Positions 62,890 through 64,000 of a DNA stretch of 64,000 nucleotides are shown in pieces. This DNA is from Chiloscyllium plagiosum. Lineage: Eukaryota. A program made the translations under genes and the position numbers. Numbering within the stretch: position 1 is the stretch's first letter; each line of letters begins with the position of its first letter. Below the pieces are notes generated by a model that ran no database searches, was not told where the DNA came from, and saw only the letters and a program-made list of their open reading frames with translations. Location: contig NC_057710.1 of NCBI RefSeq assembly GCF_004010195.1, positions 82,072,675 through 82,136,674 on the forward strand. Reading direction: 5' to 3'.

Positions 62890-63146
62890 TGTATTATGGT
62901 CAGTACAACACTATACCTTTAAGAGACATGCTCATGTTATCATTGCTGTATAATAGATTTGAACCTGAGGTATAATGCTCTCAACTCCACCTTATGCCAG
63001 ATTCACTTGAAGAGTGGCAAGCTACCAGAAGCACGCTGCTCTGTACTAATCTGACCTTTGTGTATAATGACTGGCTGCAATAAATGTATCATCAATTCAT
63101 CAATGTTCATGCCCAGTTTCTTAAGTTATGGGAAATAAAATAAGCA
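62890..63146 (+). mobile_element. Possible short solo LTR within old L2-like sequence
   Basis: tgtattatg...cctttaaga start, AATAAA at about 63079; boundaries uncertain. Confidence 0.3.
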
Positions 63147-64000
63147 TTGCCACATGAGGTAAAATAATCCACTTGTGGAAAATATCACATCATTTCAAGC
63201 TCTGTACTTTAGGATAATATTCCAATATCATCCCTGACCGTGGAACAATTCCAACCTGAAGCAGCACCGTTCACATTCAAGTTTTCCATCCTTCTGCAGA
63301 GACTTCTTTATCCTTGTCCTGTCAACTTGTGGCCTATTCCCCTGGCAGGTTTCCATCCTTGGCTAGCCTCCTTTCCTCATGCCCATTACGTACCAACTTG
63401 CCTTCCTCAGTTATCCATGTGCAGCTTTAATTGCCATCACCCAAATCCAGTCAAAGCATGGCATTGAATAACCTTCCCAAAAGAAGATAAAATATCAGTT
63501 AGTCTCTCCACATCTTGGCAGAAGATTACCTCATTGAGTAGATGCCGTTCCTATTGAGTTGTGAAGCTGAAGACAGATATTCCTCAATCACAGAGAACTT
63601 AATTGGGAAGGGGTACTGAATTATGGTGAGCTGGCCTTTTAATGAGACTGCTTGACATGCAAATACTTGTAAAAGGGCTTCCAGGCAATTACTGTTGGGA
63701 AACATGATCTGCCTTTAAAGTTATGTAAATGCAATTGCCAACTCTTAACCCACAGTTTGTATTCTGAGTTAGGGTCTCCTAATTAATTACGTTCTCCCAC
63801 CTGTCTTGTTCCCCACTGCCAGTGACAGTACTTGATACCATCCAATGAATCAGCAGGCGAAAGATGCACACAAGCTACACTCTGCAATCGACACTGCATT
63901 GTGTAACATCATGGTTATATTACAAAAGGAGCTTTAAAATTCTATTGATTGAGTGGATGTGTTATTACACAGCATGAAATTTTCCAGTGAGTGGACCAAA

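Overview
This is repeat-dense eukaryotic genomic DNA, almost certainly from a cartilaginous fish (shark). The evidence is an HE1/V-SINE, a Deu-type SINE and the CR1 and Penelope families typical of elasmobranchs. No intact protein-coding gene could be recognised. Nearly all longer ORFs are decayed CR1-clade LINE endonuclease/RT fragments, often nested 2-3 deep. Also present are a Gypsy integrase relic, a Penelope GIY-YIG relic, a probable PIF/Harbinger relic, a Tigger-like MITE, several probable solo LTRs and a non-autonomous AAGATGGCG-headed element carrying a 61-bp tandem array. The most interesting signal is about 17 short (100-230 bp) Penelope-terminus-derived inserts from at least six families. 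Most are fold-back palindromes, and many are flanked by 8-16 bp target-site duplications. They carry a minimal hammerhead-ribozyme core (CTGANGA-stem II-GAAA-NN-TH) with covarying stem II and a self-complementary ACGT/AGCT in place of stem III. A few weak exon candidates are noted but not identified. Repeat boundaries are by-eye estimates (about +/-10-20 bp).
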